A stretch of DNA of 64,000 nt from Candidatus Omnitrophota bacterium (lineage in GTDB: Bacteria; Omnitrophota; Gorgyraeia; Gygaellales; Profunditerraquicolaceae): contig JAQTPA010000001.1 of assembly GCA_028713155.1 (NCBI GenBank), positions 24,320 to 88,319 of the forward strand, read 5' to 3'. The notes below the pieces were generated by a model. That model ran no database searches, had not been told where the DNA came from, and worked only from the letters and a program-made list of their open reading frames with translations. Shown in pieces: positions 46,208 to 54,910 of the stretch; position 1 is the stretch's first letter, and every line of letters begins with the position of its first letter. The translations under genes were made by a program, and so were the position numbers.

Positions 46208-47544
46208 GCGAGAAGATAGAAAAAGCTTTTAAGGATTTATTAACTTCACTCCAAACAGCTAAGCTTTACGGTACAGAGCATCCTATCACGAAGAACTCCA
46301 TTGAAAAAGCTTACCTTAGCTTGCAGGATGTTTTAGCGGATAGAGAAGAGCTGGTTGTAGGGATAATCGGAGAAGAACTGGCTTTTGAGAAAGAGATATT
46401 TTTTGATTTAAGCAAGGTGCTTAAACAAATGATTGTTTACCTCAAGGACAGGGAGATAGAAAGGATTTCTTTTGGCCGGGACCTGGAAAAAGAGGAGCTG
46501 TATAAATTTATCGGTTTTTTAACCCGGCCTAAAGAAGAGACTAAAGGGAGGTCTGCGGATTTATTGGCGTTAGCGGGAATCAGGAATATCGCAATAGGAA
46601 AGGTCAGGTCTTCTCCTGCTGCCGCCAGCTCCGGGCCAAAGCAGCAACCCCTGGATTTAACGGATGTATATCAGGAGTCGCTGGAAGAGGTTTCCCTGCC
46701 TTTGGCTAAAATCATGAATAGGGAGGCGATAGACGGCCTCAGCCTTAAACTTACGCTCAATAATATTATTGAAAATTTAGGTATCTACTATCAGCAGTTG
46801 CTCAAACTGGTTACCCTGAAAAGATACGACTTGGGGACATTTACGCATCTTTTAAACGTTTCTATATTAAGTATCTATTTTTCCTCTAAGCTCGGATTCA
46901 GCAAGGATGTGGTTATGGATATAGGGTTATCTGCCTTATTTCACGATATAGGTAAACTCTATATTTCGCGTAAGACAATCCGCAAGCCCGGAGCTTTAAG
47001 CGATTTAGAATTCGCCCAGATGGAGAGCCACACTGTCTTAGGGGCTAAACTTCTTATGCAATATGTGGAAACAATAGGGATTATGCCTATAGTGGTCAGT
47101 TTTGAACATCACCTCAGGTATGACTTAAGCGGCTATCCCCGGTTCCCTTATAAGAATAAGCAGCATATTGCTTCGGCCATTGTTTCTATCTGCGACGTGT
47201 ATGACGCGCTTTCTCAAAGAAGGACCTATAAGACAGATTATCCTTCGGATATGATTTATAACCTTATGCTTCGCGGCAGCGGCACGACATTTGAGCCTGG
47301 ATTATTGGATATTTTCTTTAAAGCAATAGGGGTCTGGCCCAGGGGTACCCTGGTTGCCTTAAGCGATGAACGGGTGGCCGTGGTTATAGATGAAAATGAG
47401 GATGATATATTTCTGCCGGTGATCAGGGTCATCCATCCGCAAGGGCAGGAAGAAGTAATTAACCTCAGAGAGAATAATGATATTAAGATAGACCGTTACT
47501 TAAGCCCCTGGACAGAGGGGAAAGAATTCTTGCATTTAATTTGA
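46198..47544 (+). CDS. HD-GYP domain phosphodiesterase with a DUF3391-like N-terminal domain
   Basis: HD motif 'ALFHDIGK'. GYP motif 'HHLRYDLSGYP'. It overlaps the upstream gene by 10 nt. Confidence 0.75.
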   Translation: MGIGEKIEKAFKDLLTSLQTAKLYGTEHPITKNSIEKAYLSLQDVLADREELVVGIIGEELAFEKEIFFDLSKVLKQMIVYLKDREIERISFGRDLEKEELYKFIGFLTRPKEETKGRSADLLALAGIRNIAIGKVRSSPAAASSGPKQQPLDLTDVYQESLEEVSLPLAKIMNREAIDGLSLKLTLNNIIENLGIYYQQLLKLVTLKRYDLGTFTHLLNVSILSIYFSSKLGFSKDVVMDIGLSALFHDIGKLYISRKTIRKPGALSDLEFAQMESHTVLGAKLLMQYVETIGIMPIVVSFEHHLRYDLSGYPRFPYKNKQHIASAIVSICDVYDALSQRRTYKTDYPSDMIYNLMLRGSGTTFEPGLLDIFFKAIGVWPRGTLVALSDERVAVVIDENEDDIFLPVIRVIHPQGQEEVINLRENNDIKIDRYLSPWTEGKEFLHLI

Positions 47545-47577
47545 CACATTCGGCGACCCCGCCTAAACACACCCTTA

Positions 47578-47606
47578 TTTACAAAAAGCAAATTAAGTAT
47601 TATAAT
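47578..47606 (+). promoter_or_regulatory. sigma70-like promoter TTTACA-N17-TATAAT
   Basis: tttaca at 47578-47583 and tataat at 47601-47606. Confidence 0.55.
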
Positions 47607-47637
47607 ATGTCTGATCATTAAGCAGGGAGAATAGCCG

Positions 47638-49164
47638 ATGGTTAAAAATATGGGTTTTGATAACGAGAAATACCTTAAAGAGCAGACCGCCGCGATTATA
47701 AACCGGGTTAAAAAGTTTGATAATAAACTCTACCTGGAATTCGGCGGAAAACTTTGTTTTGATTACCACGCCTCCCGGGTCCTTCCCGGCTATGATCCCA
47801 ATGTCAAGATACGGCTGCTGCAATCCTTGAAAGATAAGATCGATATTGTCCTGGCTATCTATGCCAGCGACATTGAAAGGGGGAGGGTGCGCGGAGATTT
47901 CGGGATAACCTATGACGCCGCGACCCTTAAATTGATCGATGATTTAAGGAAGTGGGGCCTGGATATCCTGGCAGTGGTAATCACCCGTTTTGCCAATCAG
48001 TCTTCAGCCGTAATTTTTAAAAATAAATTAGAGCGCCGCGGGGTCAAGGTCTATTTACACTATCCCATAGAAGGTTACCCTGCAGATATAGATGCGATTG
48101 TAAACGAGAAAGGCTTTGGGAAGAACGATTTTATCGAAACTAAAAAACCGATATGCGTAGTGACTGCCCCGGGGCCGAACAGCGGAAAGCTCGCCGTATG
48201 CCTATCACAGTTGTACCAGGAGCATAAGCGCGGGACCAACGCCGGTTATGCCAAGTTCGAGACTTTTCCCATCTGGAATCTTCCCTTAAAACATCCGGTA
48301 AACGTGGCTTATGAGGCAGCCACGGCAGATATCCTGGATTTTAATCTGGTTGATCCATTCCATCTGGAGAAATATAAAGAGACAGCCATAAATTATAACC
48401 GCGATGTGGACAGCTTTCCGATATTAAAATTAATCTTAAGCAAGATATTGGATAAGCAGGCGGATATGCCGGTATATAATTCGCCCACGGATATGGGAGT
48501 CAACCGGGCCGGGTTCGGTATCGTGGATGATGGAATAGTCCAGGAAGCGGCCAAACAGGAATTAATCCGCCGGTATTTCAGGTATAATTCCGAGTATGTC
48601 CTGGGGGTAGAAAAAAAAGAAACCGTTGACCGGGTCAGCCTGCTGATGGAAGAATTAGGAGTTAAGCTTGTGGACCGGACTGTAGTCGGGGTAGCCCGCA
48701 AGGCGGCAGAAGAGGCGGAAGGCCAAGGTAAGGGGAATGCCGGCATATTTTGCGGAGCAGCGATTCAGCTCAATGACGGCCGCATTATTACCGGAAAGAA
48801 TTCCAAGCTTATGCACGCTGCTTCCAGCCTGATTCTAAACGCGGTCAAGGTTTTAGCAAATATTCCCGATGAAATTCTGCTTCTTTCCCCGCATGTTATC
48901 AGCCAGATCAGTAAATTAAAAGAGGCTATACTTGATGCAGAAACAGAGAGTCTGGATCTGGAAGAAGCGTTGATCGGGCTTTCTATCAGCGCGACTACTA
49001 ATCACACGGTAGAGCTGGCTATGAAGAAGCTGGTGGAATTAAGAGGGTGCGAAGTGCATATGACGCATATCCCTACTCCTGGAGATGAAGTTGGTTTAAA
49101 AAGGCTAGGGGTAAATTTGACTACCGACGGAAAGTTTTCTTCCCACAATCTCTTCGTTACTTAA
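47638..49164 (+). CDS. DUF1846/UPF0371 family protein of unknown function
   Basis: The N-terminus 'GFDNEKYLKEQTAAIINRVKKFDNKLYLEFGGKLCFDYHASRVLPGYDPNVKIRLL' matches the characteristic UPF0371 start. Confidence 0.6.
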   Translation: MVKNMGFDNEKYLKEQTAAIINRVKKFDNKLYLEFGGKLCFDYHASRVLPGYDPNVKIRLLQSLKDKIDIVLAIYASDIERGRVRGDFGITYDAATLKLIDDLRKWGLDILAVVITRFANQSSAVIFKNKLERRGVKVYLHYPIEGYPADIDAIVNEKGFGKNDFIETKKPICVVTAPGPNSGKLAVCLSQLYQEHKRGTNAGYAKFETFPIWNLPLKHPVNVAYEAATADILDFNLVDPFHLEKYKETAINYNRDVDSFPILKLILSKILDKQADMPVYNSPTDMGVNRAGFGIVDDGIVQEAAKQELIRRYFRYNSEYVLGVEKKETVDRVSLLMEELGVKLVDRTVVGVARKAAEEAEGQGKGNAGIFCGAAIQLNDGRIITGKNSKLMHAASSLILNAVKVLANIPDEILLLSPHVISQISKLKEAILDAETESLDLEEALIGLSISATTNHTVELAMKKLVELRGCEVHMTHIPTPGDEVGLKRLGVNLTTDGKFSSHNLFVT

Positions 49165-49167
49165 TCT

Positions 49168-50562
49168 ATGGCGGTTAAATTAAAATTTTTAGGCGGGGTA
49201 AGGACGGTTACCGGTTCAAGCCACCTGGTGACATCCGGGAGAACTGAAGTCATCCTGGATGCCGGGCTCTTCCAGGGGCACCGGGATGAGTCTTATAAAA
49301 TAAACACGGCCTTTAATTTTAACCCGCGCTCCGTTAATGCCCTGGTCTTGTCGCATGCGCACGTTGACCACTGTGGAAATATCCCGAGCTTGATTAAGAA
49401 GGGGCTGCGCTGTAAAATTTACACTACTCCTGCCACTAAGGACCTGGCCCAGCTTATGCTCGAAGATTCCGGCAAGATCCAGGAAGAAGATATCAAGTAT
49501 GTTAATAAGATAAATAAGAGGATCGGCCTGCCCGAGAGAAAGCCGCTCTATACTAAAAAAGAAGCGGCCAGGGCTACCAAGATATTCCGGCCGATTGCCT
49601 ATAATCAAAAATTCTGCATTGCCAAAAATATCTGCGTTACGCTGCTTGATGCCGGGCACATATTGGGTTCAGCCGTAACCGTGCTGGACATTAAAGATGA
49701 TGACCGTAGTATACGCCTGGGTTATGCCGTGGATCTGGGGAGAAAAAATCTCCCCCTGCTCAATGACCCGGTTATCCCCAAGGGCTTAGACTATCTGATT
49801 ATAGAGAGCACTTACGGCGCCAGGCTCCATGCCCCGGTTGAAGAGGCGCAGTCAAAATTAAGAGAAGCGATTTCACGTACCCTGCGCCGGGGCGGAAAAG
49901 TACTTATTCCGTCTTTTACCTTAGAACGCACGCAGGAAGTTATTTATTTTTTGAATGAGTTATTAAAAGAAAAACTTATCCCTTATGTCCCGATATACGT
50001 GGATAGCCCCCTGGCCACCGACATCACTGAAGTATTTGAGTACCATACTGATTACCTGGATAAAGAAACCCGCCAGGCCATTACCAAAGGGGACAGTCCA
50101 TTCGGATTCTTAAACTTAAAGTTTATCCGCGACCAGAAAGAATCTAAATCCTTAAATACGGACCGGCGGCCGATGATTATTATTGCCGGCAGCGGGATGT
50201 GCGAATCCGGCAGGATCCTGCACCACCTGCAGAACAATATTGAGGATTCCCGGAATATGGTCCTGGTAGTCGGTTATATGGCCCGGGATACTTTGGGCCG
50301 GAGGATTGTAGATAGGGAGAAAATCGTGCGTATCTTCGGCATAGAATATGAACTTAACGCGGAAGTGGTCATCATCAACGCCATGTCCGGGCATGCGGAT
50401 AAAGACGAACTTTTGGAATTCGTAACTGCCTGCCTGCCCCTAAAACGCATCTTCCTGGTGCACGGAGAAGAAGAACAATCTCAGGCTTTATTTGACACGC
50501 TTAACCAAAAAGGCCTGAATGCCTATATCCCGTCAAAAGACGAAGAAGTCTTGCTTGGGTAG
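49168..50562 (+). CDS. beta-CASP family MBL-fold ribonuclease (TTHA0252 / CPSF-73-like)
   Basis: HAHVDHCG motif. 'KVLIPSFTLERTQEVIYFL', 'PIYVDSPLA' and 'GSGMCESGRILHHL' are beta-CASP motifs. Confidence 0.75.
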   Translation: MAVKLKFLGGVRTVTGSSHLVTSGRTEVILDAGLFQGHRDESYKINTAFNFNPRSVNALVLSHAHVDHCGNIPSLIKKGLRCKIYTTPATKDLAQLMLEDSGKIQEEDIKYVNKINKRIGLPERKPLYTKKEAARATKIFRPIAYNQKFCIAKNICVTLLDAGHILGSAVTVLDIKDDDRSIRLGYAVDLGRKNLPLLNDPVIPKGLDYLIIESTYGARLHAPVEEAQSKLREAISRTLRRGGKVLIPSFTLERTQEVIYFLNELLKEKLIPYVPIYVDSPLATDITEVFEYHTDYLDKETRQAITKGDSPFGFLNLKFIRDQKESKSLNTDRRPMIIIAGSGMCESGRILHHLQNNIEDSRNMVLVVGYMARDTLGRRIVDREKIVRIFGIEYELNAEVVIINAMSGHADKDELLEFVTACLPLKRIFLVHGEEEQSQALFDTLNQKGLNAYIPSKDEEVLLG

Positions 50563-50606
50563 GGATTGTGTGGTAATATTAACTATCAAATAACGGAGGT
50601 AATCGA

Positions 50607-50849
50607 ATGACAGGTGGATTTTCAACCCCAAAGAAAGATAAGGCGAATAAAGTTTCCGCAGGTATGCTCGTTTTAACCGGACAAATTTTAGTCAGGGGAG
50701 TGGATACTTATAAGGCCGGAATTAATGTTAAAGGCCTAGGTACCTTATTTGCCGCCTGCCCGGGTAAGGTTTATTTTACCAGAAAGAAGACCAGCCACGG
50801 CAAGGTGCGTACCTTTGTCAATGTTAAGCCCGCTCAAAAAACTAAATAA
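50607..50849 (+). CDS. divergent ribosomal protein bL27-like protein
   Basis: 'VRGVDTYKAGINVKGLG..TLFAACPGKVYF' parallels L27 '[32 protein letters not shown]'. It lacks the conserved AHKKG N-terminus and there is no adjacent rplU. Strong GGAGG SD. Confidence 0.4.
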   Translation: MTGGFSTPKKDKANKVSAGMLVLTGQILVRGVDTYKAGINVKGLGTLFAACPGKVYFTRKKTSHGKVRTFVNVKPAQKTK

Positions 50850-50863
50850 GTTTTCAGTGTATA

Positions 50864-51952
50864 ATGCAGGATAGGGCCAAGCAGTATTCCAATATTAAGT
50901 ACACCCTTGAGATTACGGGTATAATTTATACCCTGATTATTATTGCCCTATTCCTGAAGTCAGGACTATCTCAAGGACTCGTCCTGGCTTTAAGTAAATC
51001 TGCGTTGAACTTCCTGGCCCTTCCTTTATACCTGCTCATAATATCGCTGGGTTATTACCTGCTGGCTTTTCCGCTTAACTTTTATCAATCGTATATCCTG
51101 GAGCACAAATTTTCCTTAACCACCCAGGCACTGGCTGATTGGTTTAAGGACCAGCTTAAGTCCGGCGTAATATCCTACCTGATCAGACTTATACTGGTGG
51201 CTGCGTTCTATCTTGTTTTAAAGTATAATCCGGAGACCTGGTGGCTGGCTATCTCCATATTCTGGATTTTCTTTAGTATTGTCCTGGCTAAGCTCCTGCC
51301 TGTAGTCTTTATTCCGTTATTTTTTAAATATAAAAAGCTTAGCGACGAGGTCTTGCGCGAGCGCATTATACGCCTGGCAGAGAAGATGAAGGTCAAGGTT
51401 TTGGATTGCTTTGAGATTGATTTAAGTAAAAAGACCTTAAAAGGAAATGCCGCTTTCGTGGGGATTGGCAATACCCGCCGGGTAATTTTAGCGGATACCT
51501 TGAAGGATAAATACAGTTATGATGAGATTGAGGTTATACTGGCGCATGAATTCAGCCACTATCAATTGAAGCACCTCTTAAAACTGGTTCTGGTAAATTC
51601 TATTATTACGCTGGTAGTTTTCTATCTGATCTTCCGGACTAATGTTTATATCTTAAATTTGTTTGGTTTATCTTCCCTGAATGATCTGGCGGCCTTGCCG
51701 GTTATTTTGATTTATTTTATCGCCTTTGGCATAATCACGCAGCCGCTGGAGGCTTTTATCAGCCGCAGTTTCGAGAGGAGCGCTGACAGCGTGGCATTAG
51801 AGACTACCGGATTAAAAGACGCCTTTATCTCTACGATGGATAAACTCAGCCAGCAAAATCTCGCTGACAGAAATCCCCATCCCCTAATCAAATTTTTCTT
51901 CTTTGACCACCCGCCGATTGATGAACGCATAAGAATGGCCAAGTCGCTTTAA
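50864..51952 (+). CDS. M48 family (Ste24/HtpX-like) membrane zinc metalloprotease
   Basis: HEFSHY (HExxH) motif plus the C-terminal 'FFFDHPPIDERI' motif. N-terminal TM helices. Confidence 0.7.
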   Translation: MQDRAKQYSNIKYTLEITGIIYTLIIIALFLKSGLSQGLVLALSKSALNFLALPLYLLIISLGYYLLAFPLNFYQSYILEHKFSLTTQALADWFKDQLKSGVISYLIRLILVAAFYLVLKYNPETWWLAISIFWIFFSIVLAKLLPVVFIPLFFKYKKLSDEVLRERIIRLAEKMKVKVLDCFEIDLSKKTLKGNAAFVGIGNTRRVILADTLKDKYSYDEIEVILAHEFSHYQLKHLLKLVLVNSIITLVVFYLIFRTNVYILNLFGLSSLNDLAALPVILIYFIAFGIITQPLEAFISRSFERSADSVALETTGLKDAFISTMDKLSQQNLADRNPHPLIKFFFFDHPPIDERIRMAKSL

Positions 51953-51987
51953 AAAGGGACACTTCTGTTTTGAGTCGAGAACCGTCC

Positions 51988-53121
51988 CTAGGTTTTTAGG
52001 AAATCAACTACGATTTTGGCGGCCCGGGTTGCGGCGCCGGGCTGGCCTAAAGAAGATTTAACTGCGCTAAGTTCAGAGCGCATCCTTTCTAATTCCACGC
52101 GGTTACTCAGGATTTCCAGGGCCTTGGCGGATATTTTTTCGGGTGAGGCGTTAAACTGGATAAACTCCGGGATAATTTTTTTGCCGGCCACGATATTTAC
52201 GATCCCGATATAAGGAATTTTTACCTGCGGCCGGTAGGAGAGGTAATTAAGAAGTCCCATTTTATAAATTATTAAAAAGGGCTTTTGCATAATCGCAGCT
52301 TCCAGCACGGCTGTCCCCGAGCAGACCAGGGCGAAGTCCGCGATATTTAAGGCGTCGTAGGTTTTTCCTTCCACGAATTTTACCTCAATATTAAATTTTT
52401 TGATTATCCGGTCATAAATCCCCCAGCTGGTTTGGTTGGGCTTAGCGATGACGAATTGCGCATTGATTTTTTTATGGATAAGCTGCCCAGCTCGAAGCAT
52501 TACCGGCAGTATTTTTTTTATCTCCTGTTTACGCGAGCCCGGGAGGAGTGCTATGACCGGCCTGTTTTTAGCAAAGCTTAATTTATGCAATAATTCATCT
52601 TTTTCTATGCCTGGCCTTACAATATCCAGCAGCGCATGCCCGACGCAATCCGCATCCACTCCCTGTTTCCGATAGAATTCTTTTTCAAATTCAAAAAGAA
52701 CGATCATTTTCCGGATATATTTCTTAATGGTTTTTACTCTTCCTGTGCGGGAGGCCCAGACTTGGGGACTGACATAATAAATAGTAGGGATGCGGTTGTT
52801 GATCGCTTTGGCCAGGCGGAGGTTGAACCCGGAAAAATCCACCAAGATTATTGCATCGAATTTTCCCGCACGTACTTTTTCCAGGATCAGATTTTTAAGG
52901 ATAAAGAATCTGGGAAGTTTTTTGAGGACATCAAAAAAACCCATGACGCTCAGGCCCTTAGTATCATAGATTATTTCAGCGCCTGCCTGGGCCAGCAGAG
53001 AACTGCCTACCCCGGATATTTTTATTTCAGGGTTTAATTTCTTTATTGCGCTTGCCAAAGCGCTGGCGTGCAGTTCGCCCGAAGGCTCGCCGCAGATAAT
53101 CAGGATTTGTTTCTTTGCCAT
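51988..53121 (-). CDS. lpxB: lipid-A-disaccharide synthase
   Basis: Starts MAKKQILIICGEPSGELHASALASAIKKLNPEIKISGVG. Start set at ATG 53121; the track's 53208 is an over-extension. Confidence 0.85.
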   Translation of the reverse strand: MAKKQILIICGEPSGELHASALASAIKKLNPEIKISGVGSSLLAQAGAEIIYDTKGLSVMGFFDVLKKLPRFFILKNLILEKVRAGKFDAIILVDFSGFNLRLAKAINNRIPTIYYVSPQVWASRTGRVKTIKKYIRKMIVLFEFEKEFYRKQGVDADCVGHALLDIVRPGIEKDELLHKLSFAKNRPVIALLPGSRKQEIKKILPVMLRAGQLIHKKINAQFVIAKPNQTSWGIYDRIIKKFNIEVKFVEGKTYDALNIADFALVCSGTAVLEAAIMQKPFLIIYKMGLLNYLSYRPQVKIPYIGIVNIVAGKKIIPEFIQFNASPEKISAKALEILSNRVELERMRSELSAVKSSLGQPGAATRAAKIVVDFLKT

Positions 53122-54026
53122 ATCTGGTTTTGGATTTCCAAGGCCACTTTTAGGGCGCTGCGGGCAACCTCGCCCGATACAAGAGGCGCCTGGTGTTTTA
53201 CCACGCAATCAACAAAGGCCTGTAATTCTTTTTGCAGGGGCTGTTCTTTCTCAATCGGCAGGTTTTCTTTGGTAATCTTCAAAAGGCCCTTGCGGTAGAC
53301 CCAGGCCTCGGCATCTTTGTAATCCAGCGAGATGTAGGTATTTTCCTGAAAGATGCGGATCTTGCGCATAGTTTCATCGGAGATACGGCTGGCAGTCAGG
53401 TTAGCTACGCAGCCGTTCTTAAAAGTAATCCGGGCATTAGCGATATCTTCAAAAGAAGTCAGCACATTTATACCTACAGAATCAATGCGCTCAACCGGCG
53501 AAGTAACCAGCCCCAGAATTATATCGATATCATGAATCATTATGTCCAGGACTGCGCCGACGTCAAGCGAGCGGTTGGGAAAAGGAGAGAGGCGGTGGCA
53601 TTCAATAAACTTCGGGTTCTTGATTATTTTCTGGGTAGCCCCAAAGGCAGAATTAAAGCGCTCGATGTGCCCGACCTGCAGGATTAAGTCGTTATCTTTA
53701 GCTGTTTTTATCAGGCTATCCGCTTCTTCTAAGGTCGGGGTAAAGGGTTTTTCGACCAGAGTATGGATATTATGCTTCAGGAAATCCGAGGCTATTGTAT
53801 GGTGTAATTTAGTCGGTACAGCCACGCTGACCGCGTCTACCTTAGTGAAAAGTTCGCGATAATCCGGATAGCCCGGGACATTCAGGCCCTGGCTGATTTC
53901 ATTCAAACGGGCCTTATTTGTATCGGAGATAGCTTCAAGCGAGCAGCCGGAGAGTTCCTTGTATATCTTGGCATGGATACTGCCTAAGTGCCCTACGCCA
54001 ATCACTCCCACCTTTAATTTAGCCAT
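53100..54026 (-). CDS. Gfo/Idh/MocA family NAD(P)-dependent oxidoreductase overlapping lpxB
   Basis: The N-terminal Rossmann region 'KVGVIGVGHLGSIHAKIY' and the typical EKP motif 'VEKPFTP' are present. It overlaps lpxB by 22 nt. Confidence 0.7.
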   Translation of the reverse strand: MAKLKVGVIGVGHLGSIHAKIYKELSGCSLEAISDTNKARLNEISQGLNVPGYPDYRELFTKVDAVSVAVPTKLHHTIASDFLKHNIHTLVEKPFTPTLEEADSLIKTAKDNDLILQVGHIERFNSAFGATQKIIKNPKFIECHRLSPFPNRSLDVGAVLDIMIHDIDIILGLVTSPVERIDSVGINVLTSFEDIANARITFKNGCVANLTASRISDETMRKIRIFQENTYISLDYKDAEAWVYRKGLLKITKENLPIEKEQPLQKELQAFVDCVVKHQAPLVSGEVARSALKVALEIQNQIWQRNKS

Positions 54027-54097
54027 AAAGGAATAATAGCAAACCGCCTGCCTTATTGCAACTATAATCTTAATTAGCGCCTGGCTTGGCTTGTTCC

Positions 54098-54170
54098 TCG
54101 CAGGAACGCGTGATTTTCCCCAGCGTGAAAAATCACGCTCGGCTACTCGGCTTCGCTCCCCGCCAAAGAA
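54098..54170. other. GC-rich intergenic region with two strong hairpins (gcgtgattttt-N10-aaaaatcacgc, 54098-54129; ccgccaaag-aa-ctttggcgg, 54151-54170)
   Basis: Perfect 11-bp and 9-bp inverted repeats were read directly. Confidence 0.4.
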
Positions 54171-54290
54171 CTTTGGCGGGACCCTGCCCGCTCAGCCTGC
54201 GTACGTCCTGCTCCGGACCAAGTCAATCCATCCGCCAGAAATAATTCTCCGTTGTAATCCCCGCCCAGTCGTGTTAATATAAAAAACAGG

Positions 54291-54704
54291 ATGAACCAAA
54301 GAAAGACAGCCTTTACCCTTATTGAGCTTATTATTGTTGTAGTAATTATCGGTATCCTCGCCTTTATCGCTATACCCCGCTATTTTGCCAATGTAGACAA
54401 AGCCCAAAAAAATACAGTCTATGCTAACATGGATGCTATAAGACAAGCGCTGCTGTCTTATTATGCAGTTTATGGCGTTTATCCTAGTGACAATACATGG
54501 CCTATTACAGTGACTATTGATGGGGATACTGTTGTTAGCGTTGCTAATCCTGGTAACTCGAAGTGGAGTTACGCATACGGTGCGGCTACTTATGGAGGGG
54601 TTTGTGGGGGATTCGTCTTTGCAAATAAGCTACCAGGGAATTCGTGTTGGTATGGCGCTACGCCGTCAGTAATGGGGTGTTCGGCGCAGACGTGTACTCC
54701 TTAA
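54291..54704 (+). CDS. prepilin-type N-terminal cleavage/methylation domain protein (type IV pilin or pseudopilin)
   Basis: 'KTAFTLIELIIVVVIIGILAFIAIP' is the class III signal peptide. Confidence 0.75.
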   Translation: MNQRKTAFTLIELIIVVVIIGILAFIAIPRYFANVDKAQKNTVYANMDAIRQALLSYYAVYGVYPSDNTWPITVTIDGDTVVSVANPGNSKWSYAYGAATYGGVCGGFVFANKLPGNSCWYGATPSVMGCSAQTCTP

Positions 54705-54833
54705 CGTTTAGCGTTTCTCTCTCAAACCATCTCTCGGTAAAACCCATTCCTTGAATTCCCTTGTTCTAGAGTATAGCGGATGGCTTGATTCCGAACAAGA
54801 CAAGGCAGACGCTAGATTTAGGCAATAAAAAAG

Positions 54834-54862
54834 TTGCCACAGGCCGCCGGATATGCTACAAT
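54834..54862 (+). promoter_or_regulatory. sigma70-like promoter TTGCCA-N17-TACAAT
   Basis: ttgcca at 54834-54839 and tacaat at 54857-54862. A leader hairpin gcctgt-cttctcaa-caggc lies downstream. Confidence 0.5.
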
Positions 54863-54910
54863 ACCTTTCCTTTTGGAGAGCCTGTCTTCTCAACAGGCAG
54901 AAAGCAAAAA

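Noticed and set aside
53122-53208. ORF-track extension of lpxB to 53208 (MRGKTPGASCIGRG...)
   Set aside because: LpxB homology begins at MAKKQILIICGEPSG (ATG 53121). The extension overlaps the upstream oxidoreductase gene.
54091-54282. 63-aa plus-strand ORF in the lpxB/pilin spacer
   Set aside because: It coincides with the GC-rich hairpin cluster. Arg/Pro-rich translation typical of GC-rich non-coding DNA. No SD.
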